DNA of 64,000 nt, taken from positions 1 through 64,000 of the IMG/VR virus record IMGVR_UViG_3300027782_000066; one strand, 5' to 3'. A program made the translations under genes and the position numbers. Positions 31,972 through 42,470 of this stretch are shown one piece after another; position 1 is the first letter of the stretch, and every line of letters starts with the position of its first letter. The notes beneath the pieces are model-generated. The model was not told the origin of the DNA, ran no database searches, and saw nothing but the letters and a program-made list of their open reading frames with translations. Source of the DNA: a virus.

Positions 31972-33636
31972 ATGTCTAATCAAGTATATAAGGGTTCGCC
32001 AAATCTTAAAGCGGCGAACGTGCAAATGCAGTTCACTGCAACTGAAATTGAAGAATGGTTGAAGTGTAAAGATAACCCAGTATATTTTACTAAAAATTAT
32101 ATCAAAATTGTTTCTCTTGATCACGGTTTAGTACCATTTGAAATGTGGGACTTTCAGGAAGAAATGATTGACAGGTTTCATAACAATCGTTTTAATATTG
32201 CTAAACTCCCAAGACAAACTGGTAAAAGTACTACTGTAGTAGCTTATCTTTTACATTATGCTATTTTTAATGATAACGTTAATATTGGTATCCTAGCAAA
32301 TAAACTATCAACTTCCAGAGAACTATTAGGAAGATTGCAGTTGGCATACGAGAACCTTCCCAAGTGGATGCAGCAAGGTATTGTATCGTGGAACAAAGGT
32401 TCTTTAGAACTTGAGAATGGTTCTAAAATAATGGCAGCATCTACTTCAAGTTCTGCTGTTCGTGGTATGTCATTTAACATCATCTTCTTGGACGAATTTG
32501 CGTTTGTTCCTACCCATATAGCTGAACAGTTCTTTAGTTCTGTATACCCCACCATCTCATCGGGTAAATCTACAAAAGTTATTATCATTTCAACCCCTAA
32601 CGGGATGAATATGTTTTATAAACTTTGGCACGATGCTGAGCGTGGTAAGAATGAATACATTACTACAGAAGTTCATTGGAGTCAAGTTCCTGGAAGAGAT
32701 GCTAATTGGAAAGCACAAACAATTGCAAACACTTCACAACGTCAGTTTACTCAAGAATTTGAATGTGAATTCTTAGGATCAGTTGATACTTTAATTGCTG
32801 CGTCTAAACTTAGAACAATGGTCTATGAGGACCCTGTACAGTCCTCTGCTGGACTTGATGTTTATGAGGAACCTAAGGAGGATCACGATTATATAATGAC
32901 TGTGGACGTTGCTAGAGGCACTGGGAATGATTATTCTGCCTTTGTCGTATTTGATATTACTCAGTTCCCATACAGAATTGTTGCCAAGTATAGAAACAAT
33001 GAAATTAAAGCAATGATTTATCCAACAATCATTGATCAGGTTGCAAAATCTTATAATAGAGCATACCTTTTAATAGAGGTAAATGATATTGGTGATCAGG
33101 TAGCATCAATGATACATTATGATCTTGAATACGATAACGTTCTGATGTGTGCTATGAGAGGTAGAGCTGGTCAAATTGTTGGTACTGGGTTCTCTGGAAA
33201 GAAAACTCAGTTAGGTGTAAAGATGTCCAAGACAGTTAAAAAAATTGGATGTCTAAACTTAAAAACTTTTATTGAAGATGATAAATTGATGATACCAGAT
33301 TATGATACCATCAGTGAACTAACAACTTTTATTCAAAAAAATAATTCATTTGAAGCAGAAGAAGGTTGTCACGATGACCTTGCAATGTGTTTAGTAATCT
33401 TCTGTTGGTTGGCAGTTCAAGATTACTTCAAAGAAATGACGGATAATGATATTCGTAAAAGAATTTATGAAGAACAAAAAAATCAAATTGATCAAGATAT
33501 GTCACCATTTGGTTTTATTTGTGATGGTGTTAATGATGAAGAAAAGAGTTTTGTAGATGTAGATGGTGACCGTTGGTACTTAGATGAATATGGTGATACC
33601 TCAAGTGAATTCACATATATGGCATCATACCTCTGA
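31972..33636 (+). CDS. gp17: Terminase large subunit gp17
   Basis: Walker A 'PRQTGKST', Walker B 'IIFLDEFAF', 'ISTPNG', nuclease 'VDVARG' and 'HDDL'. Confidence 0.97.
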   Translation: MSNQVYKGSPNLKAANVQMQFTATEIEEWLKCKDNPVYFTKNYIKIVSLDHGLVPFEMWDFQEEMIDRFHNNRFNIAKLPRQTGKSTTVVAYLLHYAIFNDNVNIGILANKLSTSRELLGRLQLAYENLPKWMQQGIVSWNKGSLELENGSKIMAASTSSSAVRGMSFNIIFLDEFAFVPTHIAEQFFSSVYPTISSGKSTKVIIISTPNGMNMFYKLWHDAERGKNEYITTEVHWSQVPGRDANWKAQTIANTSQRQFTQEFECEFLGSVDTLIAASKLRTMVYEDPVQSSAGLDVYEEPKEDHDYIMTVDVARGTGNDYSAFVVFDITQFPYRIVAKYRNNEIKAMIYPTIIDQVAKSYNRAYLLIEVNDIGDQVASMIHYDLEYDNVLMCAMRGRAGQIVGTGFSGKKTQLGVKMSKTVKKIGCLNLKTFIEDDKLMIPDYDTISELTTFIQKNNSFEAEEGCHDDLAMCLVIFCWLAVQDYFKEMTDNDIRKRIYEEQKNQIDQDMSPFGFICDGVNDEEKSFVDVDGDRWYLDEYGDTSSEFTYMASYL

Positions 33637-33648
33637 AATGCAGTAATT

Positions 33649-33656
33649 TATAAATA
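33649..33656 (+). promoter_or_regulatory. T4-type late promoter TATAAATA
   Basis: Exact consensus upstream of gp18. Confidence 0.8.
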
Positions 33657-33693
33657 AGTTTAGAATAAAAAATTTGATCTTTAGGGGTAAAAG

Positions 33694-35646
33694 ATGGCAA
33701 CACAATTATCGCCAGGAATTGTTGTTCAGGAGCGCGATTTTACAAATTCACGTCTTCAGGAAACAATTACAAATATTGCAGCTCTTGCTGGTCCTTTTAC
33801 AAAAGGCGAAGTTGGTGTAGCAAAGCTTATCACTAGCGAAAAAGAATTAGTAGAAACTTTTGGTAAACCAACTTCTGATAATTTTGAGTATTGGTTTACT
33901 GCTTCTGAATTTCTTAACTATGGCGGAAATCTTCAACTAGCAAGAATTTCTTCTTCAAGCGCTAGTTATCTTACGAATGCAAACGCTACTGGTGCAGTAG
34001 CAAGTGGTGTTGCTTCTGTAAAAATTAATAACATTAAGGATTATGAAACAAACGTAGAAAATACTGCTCAAACATACAAATATGCTGCAAAAAATCCTGG
34101 TACTTGGGGCAATGCTCTTACAGTAGCATCAATTGATGCTGGTGCCGATCAAATTCTTACACTTGCTTCTGGAGTTTCATTTGCTCAGGGTGCTACTGTA
34201 ACTAACGGAACTGCAACTGGTAAAGCATATGTAGCAAATAGTGGCGACACAACTAAGGTTGCTGTTGTATTAAATACTGGTTCAGTTAAATTTGCTTCTG
34301 CAACAACTGTTTCTGGTTCTTTGGTTTCATCAGTAACTGATTGGTATGATGAGCAATATGCTATTGCTGGATCAGTCAAGTGGAATTCTATTGCTCCACG
34401 TCCTCGCACTTCTCCTTATGCAGCATCTAAAGGTGGCTCTAATGACGAAATTCACGTAATTGTAATTGATACTACAGGAGCTATTACAGGACAAACAAAT
34501 GCAATTGTTGAAAAACTTCTTTATCTTTCAAAAGCATCTGATGCTAAGACAACTGAAGGAGAAAACAATTTTTATAAGAGTGTAATTAAAGGACGTTCAC
34601 AGTACATATATCTGGGTTCACACGAAGCATCTTATGATTATTCACCAGCTGGAGCGGTATCAATTTCTGATACTGGATTATCAGCATCTACATTCAAGTT
34701 TACTGGTCCTAAGTCCTACGCTTTTGCTGCTGGTACTGATTACCAAAATTATAATGTAGGAAATGAAACTCAAACTTATGTTGATGTTTTCATGGATACA
34801 GAAACAATTTCAATTGATTATATTCTTACTGGACCATCAACTTCTAGCAAAGCAAATTCAATAATCAATATTGCTACAACTAGAAAAGATTGTATTGCAT
34901 TTGTTTCACCTAAAAGAAGTGATGTTATTGGAAGTGATGCTTCTACAACATCGGCACAGAAAACTAATGTAGTTGCATTTTTTGAATCAATTAGTGACAG
35001 TTCTTCTTATGCTGTATTTGATAACAATTATAAGTACATCTATGATAGATTTAACGATGTTTATCGTTATATTCCTTGTAATGCTGACCTCGCTGGTTTG
35101 TGTGTAAATACTGCCGCTGTTTCAGAAGCATGGTATTCACCTGCTGGTTTCAACAGAGGTAACCTTCGCAATGCTATTAAGATTGCATTTAATCCAACTA
35201 AGGATCAGAGAGACGAACTTTATGCTAAGCGTGTAAATCCTATCGTATCATTTCCTGGTCAAGGTGTAGTTCTTTTTGGTGATAAAACTGCTCTTCGCAG
35301 TCCTTCAGCATTTGACAGAATCAATGTTCGTCGTCTCTTCTTAATTCTTGAAAGAACTGTTAAGGATTTTTCAAAGAATGTTTTGTTTGAATTAAATGAT
35401 GAAACAACACGTAATAATTTTACTTCACAAGTAAATAATTATTTGCGTGATATTCAAGCAAGAAGAGGTCTTACTGATTTCCTCGTAGTTGCTGATGAAT
35501 CTAATAATACTGCTAGTGTGATTGATAGAAATGAATTTGTTGCAGACATCTATATCAAGCCAAGTCGTTCTATTAATTTCATTACTCTTACCTTTGTTGC
35601 AACTCGCACTGGGGTAAGTTTTGATGAAGTAATTGGCAAAGTTTGA
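33694..35646 (+). CDS. gp18: Tail sheath protein gp18
   Basis: 'LSPGIVVQERD', 'WYSPAGFNRG', 'SAFDRINVRRLF', 'IYIKPSRSINFI'. Confidence 0.97.
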   Translation: MATQLSPGIVVQERDFTNSRLQETITNIAALAGPFTKGEVGVAKLITSEKELVETFGKPTSDNFEYWFTASEFLNYGGNLQLARISSSSASYLTNANATGAVASGVASVKINNIKDYETNVENTAQTYKYAAKNPGTWGNALTVASIDAGADQILTLASGVSFAQGATVTNGTATGKAYVANSGDTTKVAVVLNTGSVKFASATTVSGSLVSSVTDWYDEQYAIAGSVKWNSIAPRPRTSPYAASKGGSNDEIHVIVIDTTGAITGQTNAIVEKLLYLSKASDAKTTEGENNFYKSVIKGRSQYIYLGSHEASYDYSPAGAVSISDTGLSASTFKFTGPKSYAFAAGTDYQNYNVGNETQTYVDVFMDTETISIDYILTGPSTSSKANSIINIATTRKDCIAFVSPKRSDVIGSDASTTSAQKTNVVAFFESISDSSSYAVFDNNYKYIYDRFNDVYRYIPCNADLAGLCVNTAAVSEAWYSPAGFNRGNLRNAIKIAFNPTKDQRDELYAKRVNPIVSFPGQGVVLFGDKTALRSPSAFDRINVRRLFLILERTVKDFSKNVLFELNDETTRNNFTSQVNNYLRDIQARRGLTDFLVVADESNNTASVIDRNEFVADIYIKPSRSINFITLTFVATRTGVSFDEVIGKV

Positions 35647-35652
35647 TTATAA

Positions 35653-35660
35653 TATAAATA
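35653..35660 (+). promoter_or_regulatory. T4-type late promoter TATAAATA
   Basis: Exact consensus upstream of gp19. Confidence 0.8.
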
Positions 35661-35682
35661 CCACTAAGGAGATAATCAAACA

Positions 35683-36282
35683 ATGGCAAATTTAACTGAA
35701 TTTAAAGGAAAAATTGGATACGGCATTCGCCCTAATCTGTTTCAAGTTTCAATTCCCACAAAACCAACAGCAGTAACTTTAGCTTCAGCTTACGCTGATG
35801 ATTTTACATTTCTCTGTCGTTCAGCTGGTATTCCAGCAGCAAGCGTAGGTACTGTAGAAGTTCCTTTCAGAGGAAGAGTTATCAAACTTCCAGGAGACAG
35901 AACATTTGAATCTTGGACAATAACTGTATTTGGTGATCAAAATTTAAAACTTAGAAGTTATTTTGAAAAATGGTTGGATGTATTAAATGAGCACACAAGT
36001 GGTGCTGGTTATACTACATCACTAAGTTATTCTGCAACTCTTCAAGTTGATCAATTGTTTAGAGGTAGTGGTACATCAACTACTACAGATACTAAGAGTC
36101 CTCATTCAGTAATTAGATCTTACCAATTTCTTAATTCTTTTCCGACAAATATTTCTCAAATTGATTTGTCTTATGACAACAATAATAGCATTGCTGAATA
36201 TACTGTAGAATTCCAATACGATTATTGGACGACTAGTGCTACAGTTGCTGGAACTGCTACTATCGGTAATGGCACTATTTAA
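35683..36282 (+). CDS. gp19: Tail tube protein gp19
   Basis: 'RPNLFQV', 'VPFRGRVIKLPGDRTFESWTIT', 'FPTNISQIDLSYD'. Confidence 0.96.
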   Translation: MANLTEFKGKIGYGIRPNLFQVSIPTKPTAVTLASAYADDFTFLCRSAGIPAASVGTVEVPFRGRVIKLPGDRTFESWTITVFGDQNLKLRSYFEKWLDVLNEHTSGAGYTTSLSYSATLQVDQLFRGSGTSTTTDTKSPHSVIRSYQFLNSFPTNISQIDLSYDNNNSIAEYTVEFQYDYWTTSATVAGTATIGNGTI

Positions 36283-36316
36283 ACAAACTAAATAATATAA
36301 GGTTTGAATTTATAAA

Positions 36317-37963
36317 ATGGCTGAATTGTTTGGATTTTCGTTAGATAAAAATGGCGAGAAGAAAAAAAAGCAGCAGGGAGAATTATCTCCTGTTGCTCCT
36401 AATAATGATGATGGGGCCGTAGCAATCTCTGCTGGAGGTTATTACGGTCAATATGTTGATATTGAAGGTATTTCAAAAAATGAATTTGAAATGATTCGTA
36501 AGTATCGTGAGGTATCTTTGCACCCAGAAGTAGATGGGGCTATTGATGAAGTAGTAAATGAAGCAATTATTTCTGATTTAAATGACTCCCCAGTAGAGGT
36601 TGAGTTATCTAATTTGGAAGTTAGTGAAAGTATTAAGAAAAGAATTCGTGATGAATTTAAAGAAATTAAACGTCTATTACAATTTGATAAAAAGGCATAT
36701 CAAATGTTCCGTCGTTGGTATATTGACGGGAGATTATATTATCATAAAATAATTGATGTAAATAAACCTGGAGAAGGAATTAAAGAAATTCGTTATATTG
36801 ATCCACTAAAGATCAAAAAAATGAGGGAGATCAAGAAACCAGATAAACCACCAATTAATCAATTAGCACAAATTGATTTTGGTGACATCAAAGAATATTA
36901 TCTTTTTAATCCTAAAGGTATTTTTTCAAGTACATCTACAGTACAAGCTCCCAGAGATTATATGGGAATTAAAATTTCTGTAGATGCTATCACATTTGTA
37001 CCTTCTGGTCTTATGGATCTAAATTTAAATATTCCTTTGTCATATCTTCATAAGGCATTGAAGGCAATTAACCAACTGCGAATGATTGAAGATTCGCTGG
37101 TTATCTATCGTATGTCTCGTGCTCCAGAACGCAGAATTTTTTATATTGATGTAGGTAACCTTCCTAAAGTAAAAGCAGAGCAGTACCTCAGAGAGGTTAT
37201 GTCACGCTATAGAAATAAATTAGTGTATGACGCACAGACTGGTGAGGTACGTGATGATAAGAAGTTTATGAGTGTGCTAGAGGACTTCTGGCTGCCTCGC
37301 AGAGAGGGTGGTAGGGGCACAGAAATTACTACTCTTCCTGGTGCTCAAAACTTAGGAGAACTGAGAGACGTTGAGTATTTTAAATCAAAATTATATAAAT
37401 CTCTTAATCTACCACCTTCTAGAGTTGGTGAAGATAGTTCTTTTAGTATTGGTAAATCTGATAACATTTTAAGAGATGAACTTAAATTTGTTAAATTTGT
37501 TGGAAGACTTCGTAAACAATTTGCAACTTTATTTAACGATATTTTAAAAACTCAATTAGTTCTTAAAAATGTAATTTCATTAGATGATTGGGAAATGATG
37601 GAGGAGCATATTCAATATGACTTCTTGTTCGATAATCATTTTTCTGAACTCAAAGATATTGAAATGATGAATGAACGTATGAATATTGTTAATCAAGTTC
37701 AACCATTTATAGGCGTTTATTTTTCCAACCAATATGTAAAGAATCAAATTCTTAAACAGACCGATCAAACTGTTAACGATATAAATATTCAAATTCAATC
37801 TGAAAAGAAATCTGGTGAGCTTATGGATATTCCTATGGCACCAGTTGAACCAGATCCGATGGCAGTAGAACCTCCGAAAAATGGACCTAAAGAAACTAAA
37901 ACAAAGGATTCTTTGAAACCACAATCGTCCAATAAAGGTACGTCAAAAGATAATATTAAATAA
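36317..37963 (+). CDS. gp20: Portal vertex protein gp20
   Basis: 'FRRWYIDGR', 'IYRMSRAPERRIFYIDVGNLPK', 'EDFWLPRREGGRGTEITTLPG'. Confidence 0.98.
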   Translation: MAELFGFSLDKNGEKKKKQQGELSPVAPNNDDGAVAISAGGYYGQYVDIEGISKNEFEMIRKYREVSLHPEVDGAIDEVVNEAIISDLNDSPVEVELSNLEVSESIKKRIRDEFKEIKRLLQFDKKAYQMFRRWYIDGRLYYHKIIDVNKPGEGIKEIRYIDPLKIKKMREIKKPDKPPINQLAQIDFGDIKEYYLFNPKGIFSSTSTVQAPRDYMGIKISVDAITFVPSGLMDLNLNIPLSYLHKALKAINQLRMIEDSLVIYRMSRAPERRIFYIDVGNLPKVKAEQYLREVMSRYRNKLVYDAQTGEVRDDKKFMSVLEDFWLPRREGGRGTEITTLPGAQNLGELRDVEYFKSKLYKSLNLPPSRVGEDSSFSIGKSDNILRDELKFVKFVGRLRKQFATLFNDILKTQLVLKNVISLDDWEMMEEHIQYDFLFDNHFSELKDIEMMNERMNIVNQVQPFIGVYFSNQYVKNQILKQTDQTVNDINIQIQSEKKSGELMDIPMAPVEPDPMAVEPPKNGPKETKTKDSLKPQSSNKGTSKDNIK

Positions 37964-37985
37964 ATAAAAGGAGAAGGTTAAAAAA

Positions 37986-38162
37986 ATGTCTATTACTAAA
38001 GAATTAATTAATCAAATTGTTAATGGTCAAAATATTACTGCTTCAGATGAAGTGATTAATATTTTATATAATAAAGCCATCTCACAATTAGATGATTATA
38101 AGCAACTAGTTGCTTCACGTTTAATGAATACACCAGAGGAAGAATCCACAGAAGAACAATGA
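37986..38162 (+). CDS. Small (58 aa) prohead core-like protein, absent from the ORF track (gp67/68 position)
   Basis: ATAAATA at 37960, AGGAG SD, MSITKELINQIVNGQNITASDEVINILYNKAISQLDDYKQLVASRLMNTPEEESTEEQ*, ATGA overlap with gp21. Confidence 0.75.
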   Translation: MSITKELINQIVNGQNITASDEVINILYNKAISQLDDYKQLVASRLMNTPEEESTEEQ

Positions 38163-38803
38163 AACTTATTGTAGAGCACATTGAGGACATTGAGTTTCTC
38201 GTAGAAGAAAAAGATGGAAAAGAGTATACATACATTCAAGGAGTATTCCTGCAGGGGGATATCAAGAACCGTAATGGTCGTGTATATCCTATGCCTATTC
38301 TTCAGCGCGAGGTAACCAACTATAGTACTAACTATATTGACAAATCTCGTGCTCTTGGAGAATTGGGTCACCCTGATGGTCCTACCATTAATCTCGATAG
38401 AGTTTCTCATAAAATTGTAGAACTTTATCAAGATGGTTCTAACTTCATTGGTAAAGCAAAATTGCTTGAAACTCCGATGGGTAATATTGCTAAGAACCTC
38501 CTTCGTGAAGGTGTACAACTAGGAGTTTCTTCTAGGGGTGTTGGTAGTTTGGATTCTAAAGGTGGTTCTAATTATGTTCGTGATGATTTTATGCTCACCA
38601 CTGCTGCAGATATTGTAGCAGATCCTTCTGCTCCAGACGCATTTGTGAATGGAATTATGGAAGGAAAAGAGTGGGTATGGGATAATGGTCTTCTCAAAGA
38701 ATCAGAAATCCAAAAAGTTAAAGAACAGTTAAATAAAGTTTCTAAAGCACAACTTGAGGAGACAATCCTTGAGTCATTTGAAAAATTATTGTTTAACTTA
38801 TAA
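38159..38803 (+). CDS. gp21: Prohead protease gp21
   Basis: 'NRNGRVYP', 'ALGELGHP', 'GVSSRGVGS', 'DIVADPSAPDA'. Confidence 0.97.
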   Translation: MKLIVEHIEDIEFLVEEKDGKEYTYIQGVFLQGDIKNRNGRVYPMPILQREVTNYSTNYIDKSRALGELGHPDGPTINLDRVSHKIVELYQDGSNFIGKAKLLETPMGNIAKNLLREGVQLGVSSRGVGSLDSKGGSNYVRDDFMLTTAADIVADPSAPDAFVNGIMEGKEWVWDNGLLKESEIQKVKEQLNKVSKAQLEETILESFEKLLFNL

Positions 38804-38853
38804 AATTAATAAATAAGTATTAGAAAATCAAAGTATCCGTAGGGGTAATTTTA

Positions 38854-40038
38854 ATGTCAAATTCGTTAAACGAGAAATTCAAAGATTTTGTATCAGAAAA
38901 TATTAATGCGGAAACTGTTACAGAAATGAAAAACGCTGTAACTGCTGGCTCTGTTCCCGCAGAAGCTTCACATCTTTCTAAAGCATCTGCTTCAGAAGTT
39001 GCTGTCGCTAATGTAGAACCAATGGCAGCAGGATCTTCTGCTGAGTACAATGGTAAGTTTGAAAACTCTGGCGCTAAAGCAGCCGCCGCTGTTAAGAAGT
39101 CTAAGACTCAAGTTAACGCTGGTGAGGGTGGTCAAGACCCAATGCCTAAACTAGGATCATCATTTCCAGGAGATCGTGGTGGTAAAGGAACCACTCGTGG
39201 TGGTGGTGAATCAATGCCGACTGTTACTAAAGAAGGCAAAGAAGTTGAGAAGGAAGTTGAGAAAGAAGAAGGTCATGAAGATGAAAAACAAGATAAAAAG
39301 TTCATCAAAAAAATGATGAAGAAAGAAGATCTTGATATTAGTGCTGATGTAAATGCTTTGATAAATGGTGAAGATCTTTCAGAAGAATTTAAAGAAAAAG
39401 CAACTACTATTTTTGAAGCTGCTCTTGTTTCCAAACTCAATGAAGAAATTGGAAAAATTGAAGAGCAGTATGTTGCTCAATTGAATGAACAAATTGAAGT
39501 GATTAAGGAAGAAATGGCTGGTAAAGTTGATTCATTCCTTAACTATATTGTAGAACAATGGATTCAAGATAATAAACTTGCGGTTGATCACGGTGTTCGC
39601 ACCGAAATCGCAGAATCGTTTATGTCTTCTCTCAAAGATGTCTTTGTAGAACACTACATTGATATACCAGAAGAGAAGTATGACATGGTTGAGGGTATGA
39701 CTGACAAACTAGATGAGATGGAACAGAAACTCAACGAACAAATTGAAAAAAATATAGATTTAAATTCTGCTCTTGGAGAATTCATCAAGGAGTCAATCGT
39801 TGCTGAAGTATCACAAGGTTTAGCAGATACTCAAAAGGAAAAACTTTCCTCACTTTCTGGGGGTGTAGAGTTTACCACTGAGGAAACCTATCGTGAAAAA
39901 ATTGAAACAATTAAGGAAAATTATTTCCCCAAAGTTCAAATTTCAGAATCTGCTGAAGCATCTGAGCCAGTGATTGAACGGGAAGTTCCTGCTCATATGG
40001 CTGCTTATGTTAATGCAATAGCTCGTTATTCAAAGTGA
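38854..40038 (+). CDS. gp22: Prohead core scaffold gp22
   Basis: 'LSEEFKEKATTIFEAA', acidic coiled coil, 'MAAYVNAI'; ATAAATA at 38809; synteny. Confidence 0.92.
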   Translation: MSNSLNEKFKDFVSENINAETVTEMKNAVTAGSVPAEASHLSKASASEVAVANVEPMAAGSSAEYNGKFENSGAKAAAAVKKSKTQVNAGEGGQDPMPKLGSSFPGDRGGKGTTRGGGESMPTVTKEGKEVEKEVEKEEGHEDEKQDKKFIKKMMKKEDLDISADVNALINGEDLSEEFKEKATTIFEAALVSKLNEEIGKIEEQYVAQLNEQIEVIKEEMAGKVDSFLNYIVEQWIQDNKLAVDHGVRTEIAESFMSSLKDVFVEHYIDIPEEKYDMVEGMTDKLDEMEQKLNEQIEKNIDLNSALGEFIKESIVAEVSQGLADTQKEKLSSLSGGVEFTTEETYREKIETIKENYFPKVQISESAEASEPVIEREVPAHMAAYVNAIARYSK

Positions 40039-40047
40039 TCTTTAATT

Positions 40048-40055
40048 TATAAATA
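40048..40055 (+). promoter_or_regulatory. T4-type late promoter TATAAATA
   Basis: Exact consensus upstream of gp23. Confidence 0.8.
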
Positions 40056-40092
40056 GTTCAAACCTAACAATTCCTAAAGGAGAAAAAAGCAA

Positions 40093-41448
40093 ATGTTCAA
40101 CACCGAGCATCTGCAGGAAAAGTGGGCACCTGTTCTGTCTCACGGCAATTTGCCTGAGATCAAGGATAATTACAAAAAGGCTGTCACTTCAATCCTGCTC
40201 GAAAATCAAGAGAAGTTCCTCCGTGAGGAGAGAATGCTGACCGAAGCTTCACCTACAAATCACGGTCCTATTAATACTGCTACCACTGGTGCAGGTAACA
40301 TCGCAGGTTTTGATCCCGTACTGATCTCATTGATCCGTCGTTCAATGCCTAACCTGATTGCTTATGATATCTGTGGCGTTCAGCCAATGAACGGTCCTAC
40401 AGGTCTTATCTTCGCAATGCGTTCACGTTACGATGGACAAACTGGTACTGAAACCTTCTTCAACGAAGTCAACAGTCAGTTCTCTGGTTCACCATACGTT
40501 ACCGCTTCTGGTTCAACTGGTTCTGCTCCTACTGGCACCAACCCTGCTGTCCTGAATGATTCAGGCACTTATGGTTCTGGTTCAGCAATGAGCAGCACTA
40601 CTGCAGAAGCTCTGGGTGATGCATTTACTAATGCATTTCCTGAGATGGCATTCAGCATCGAGAAGATTGCTGTTACTGCTAAGTCAAGAGCACTGAAAGC
40701 AGAATACACCATTGAACTTGCACAAGACCTCAAGGCTATTCACGGTCTTGATGCTGAAACTGAACTGGCAAACATTCTGTCTGCTGAAATTCTGACAGAA
40801 ATCAACCGTGAAGTTGTTCGTACCGTATTCCGTTCTGCTAAGCCTGGTGCTCAACAGAACGTTGCATCTCAAGGTACTTTCGACCTTGACATTGACTCCA
40901 ACGGTCGTTGGTCAGTTGAGAAGTTCAAGGGTCTTATTTTCCAGATCGAGCGTGAAATGAACGCTATCGCTAAGGAAACTCGTAGAGGCAAGGGCAACAT
41001 GCTCATCTGTTCTTCAGATGTTGCTTCAGCTCTGTCAATGGCAGGTGTTCTTGATTACACCCCTGCTCTTAACAACAACCTCAACGTTGATGACACTGGC
41101 AACACCTTTGTTGGTGTTCTGAATGGTCGCATTAAGGTTTATATTGATCCTTATTCTGCACTTCCTTCAGAAGGCAACACTGCTGCTCAGTTCTTCGTTG
41201 CTGGTTATAAGGGTACTTCCCCTTATGATGCTGGTCTGTTCTACTGCCCATACGTTCCTCTTCAGATGGTTCGTGCAATTGGTCAGGATACATTCCAACC
41301 CAAGATTGGCTTCAAGACCCGTTATGGAATGGTACTTAACCCATTCTCGAAAGGTTCTGCTGCTCTGTCTGATTCAGACCCAATTGCTGGTGGAAACCTC
41401 TCTACCAACGTTTACTATCGTCGCGTAAGAGTTACTAACCTAATGTGA
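40093..41448 (+). CDS. gp23: Major capsid protein gp23
   Basis: 'LQEKWAPVL', 'DICGVQPMNGPTGLIFAMR', 'SRALKAEYTIELAQDLKAIHGLDAE', 'FQPKIGFKTRYG'. Confidence 0.98.
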   Translation: MFNTEHLQEKWAPVLSHGNLPEIKDNYKKAVTSILLENQEKFLREERMLTEASPTNHGPINTATTGAGNIAGFDPVLISLIRRSMPNLIAYDICGVQPMNGPTGLIFAMRSRYDGQTGTETFFNEVNSQFSGSPYVTASGSTGSAPTGTNPAVLNDSGTYGSGSAMSSTTAEALGDAFTNAFPEMAFSIEKIAVTAKSRALKAEYTIELAQDLKAIHGLDAETELANILSAEILTEINREVVRTVFRSAKPGAQQNVASQGTFDLDIDSNGRWSVEKFKGLIFQIEREMNAIAKETRRGKGNMLICSSDVASALSMAGVLDYTPALNNNLNVDDTGNTFVGVLNGRIKVYIDPYSALPSEGNTAAQFFVAGYKGTSPYDAGLFYCPYVPLQMVRAIGQDTFQPKIGFKTRYGMVLNPFSKGSAALSDSDPIAGGNLSTNVYYRRVRVTNLM

Positions 41449-41470
41449 TTTAATTCACCACAGGTCCTTA

Positions 41471-41499
41471 AAGACCCCTCCTGAGAGGGGTCTTTTTTT
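41471..41499 (+). terminator. Intrinsic terminator after gp23, followed by CTAAATA late motif
   Basis: aagacccctc-ctga-gaggggtctt + T run. Confidence 0.88.
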
Positions 41500-41523
41500 A
41501 TCTAAATAATTTTATTTAAAATA

Positions 41524-42042
41524 ATGTCTCAATCAACTTGGGTTAAAGAAAGAATTAATAATAGAAATTTTCTTGCGCCTAATGGGTTTAAATTATCATT
41601 AATTAATTTCCCTCAAGTTTCTTTCTATTGCCAATCAGCAAACATTCCTGGAATTTCTATTCCTGAAATCACTATCCCTACACCATTCAGAGATTACCCA
41701 GTTGCTGGTACTGAAACTGAGTATGAAGATCTAAGAGTAAATTTTCTAGTGGATGAAGATATGACTAACTACTGCACCATTCATAAATGGTTGCGTAGAA
41801 CTGGTCTTGCCGAAACTTTTGATGAATATAAAAATCCATTAGAAGGTCAAGGAGTTTTACAAATTTTAAATAGTAATTGGAGAGCAAATATTACTATTGA
41901 ATTTGATGATATATTCCCTGTTTCTATAACTGCTTTAGAGTTTGATGCTACGGATACAAACGTAGAATACCTCACCGCTGCAGCGGTCTTTAAATATAAG
42001 ATATATAGAATTAAGAACAAAGATGGAGATGTTATTTCATAA
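41524..42042 (+). CDS. gp3: Tail completion / sheath terminator gp3
   Basis: 'NRNFLAPNGF', 'FYCQSANIPGI', 'FLVDEDMTNY'; synteny. Confidence 0.88.
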   Translation: MSQSTWVKERINNRNFLAPNGFKLSLINFPQVSFYCQSANIPGISIPEITIPTPFRDYPVAGTETEYEDLRVNFLVDEDMTNYCTIHKWLRRTGLAETFDEYKNPLEGQGVLQILNSNWRANITIEFDDIFPVSITALEFDATDTNVEYLTAAAVFKYKIYRIKNKDGDVIS

Positions 42043-42470
42043 TGAATTTTGAAGATATTATGCAAATGTGGGAACAGGATTCGAAAATTGATCCGATAGA
42101 ACTTGATACTGCTTCTATTAATATACCATCACTACACGCTAAGTATTTAAAAATTTTTTCAGATTATCGTTTTAGGAAAAAGCAGGTAACTCTGCAAATG
42201 AAACAACTAGTTCGCAGTAAGTTTGAATATTATACAGGTAAAGCATCTGCACAAGAATATAAAGATAAGCCATTTGATTTAAAAATTCTTAAATCGGATC
42301 TGAATCTTTATATTGAATCTGATGAAGAAGTTAAAAATTTACAATTACGAATAGACCAGTACGAGATCATTATTGATTACCTTGATGGGGTAATTAAAAT
42401 GCTCAACAATAGATCGTATCAGATTAAAAACGCCATCCAATGGAAAACTTATATTGAAGGAATCACTTAA
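42042..42470 (+). CDS. uvsY: Recombination mediator UvsY
   Basis: 'IPSLHAKYL', 'EYYTGKA', 'YQIKNAIQW'. Confidence 0.92.
   Translation: MNFEDIMQMWEQDSKIDPIELDTASINIPSLHAKYLKIFSDYRFRKKQVTLQMKQLVRSKFEYYTGKASAQEYKDKPFDLKILKSDLNLYIESDEEVKNLQLRIDQYEIIIDYLDGVIKMLNNRSYQIKNAIQWKTYIEGIT

Noticed and set aside
41448-41524. Absence of gp24 after gp23 as a novelty
   Set aside because: gp23-gp3-uvsY-uvsW order is usual for T4-like cyanophages
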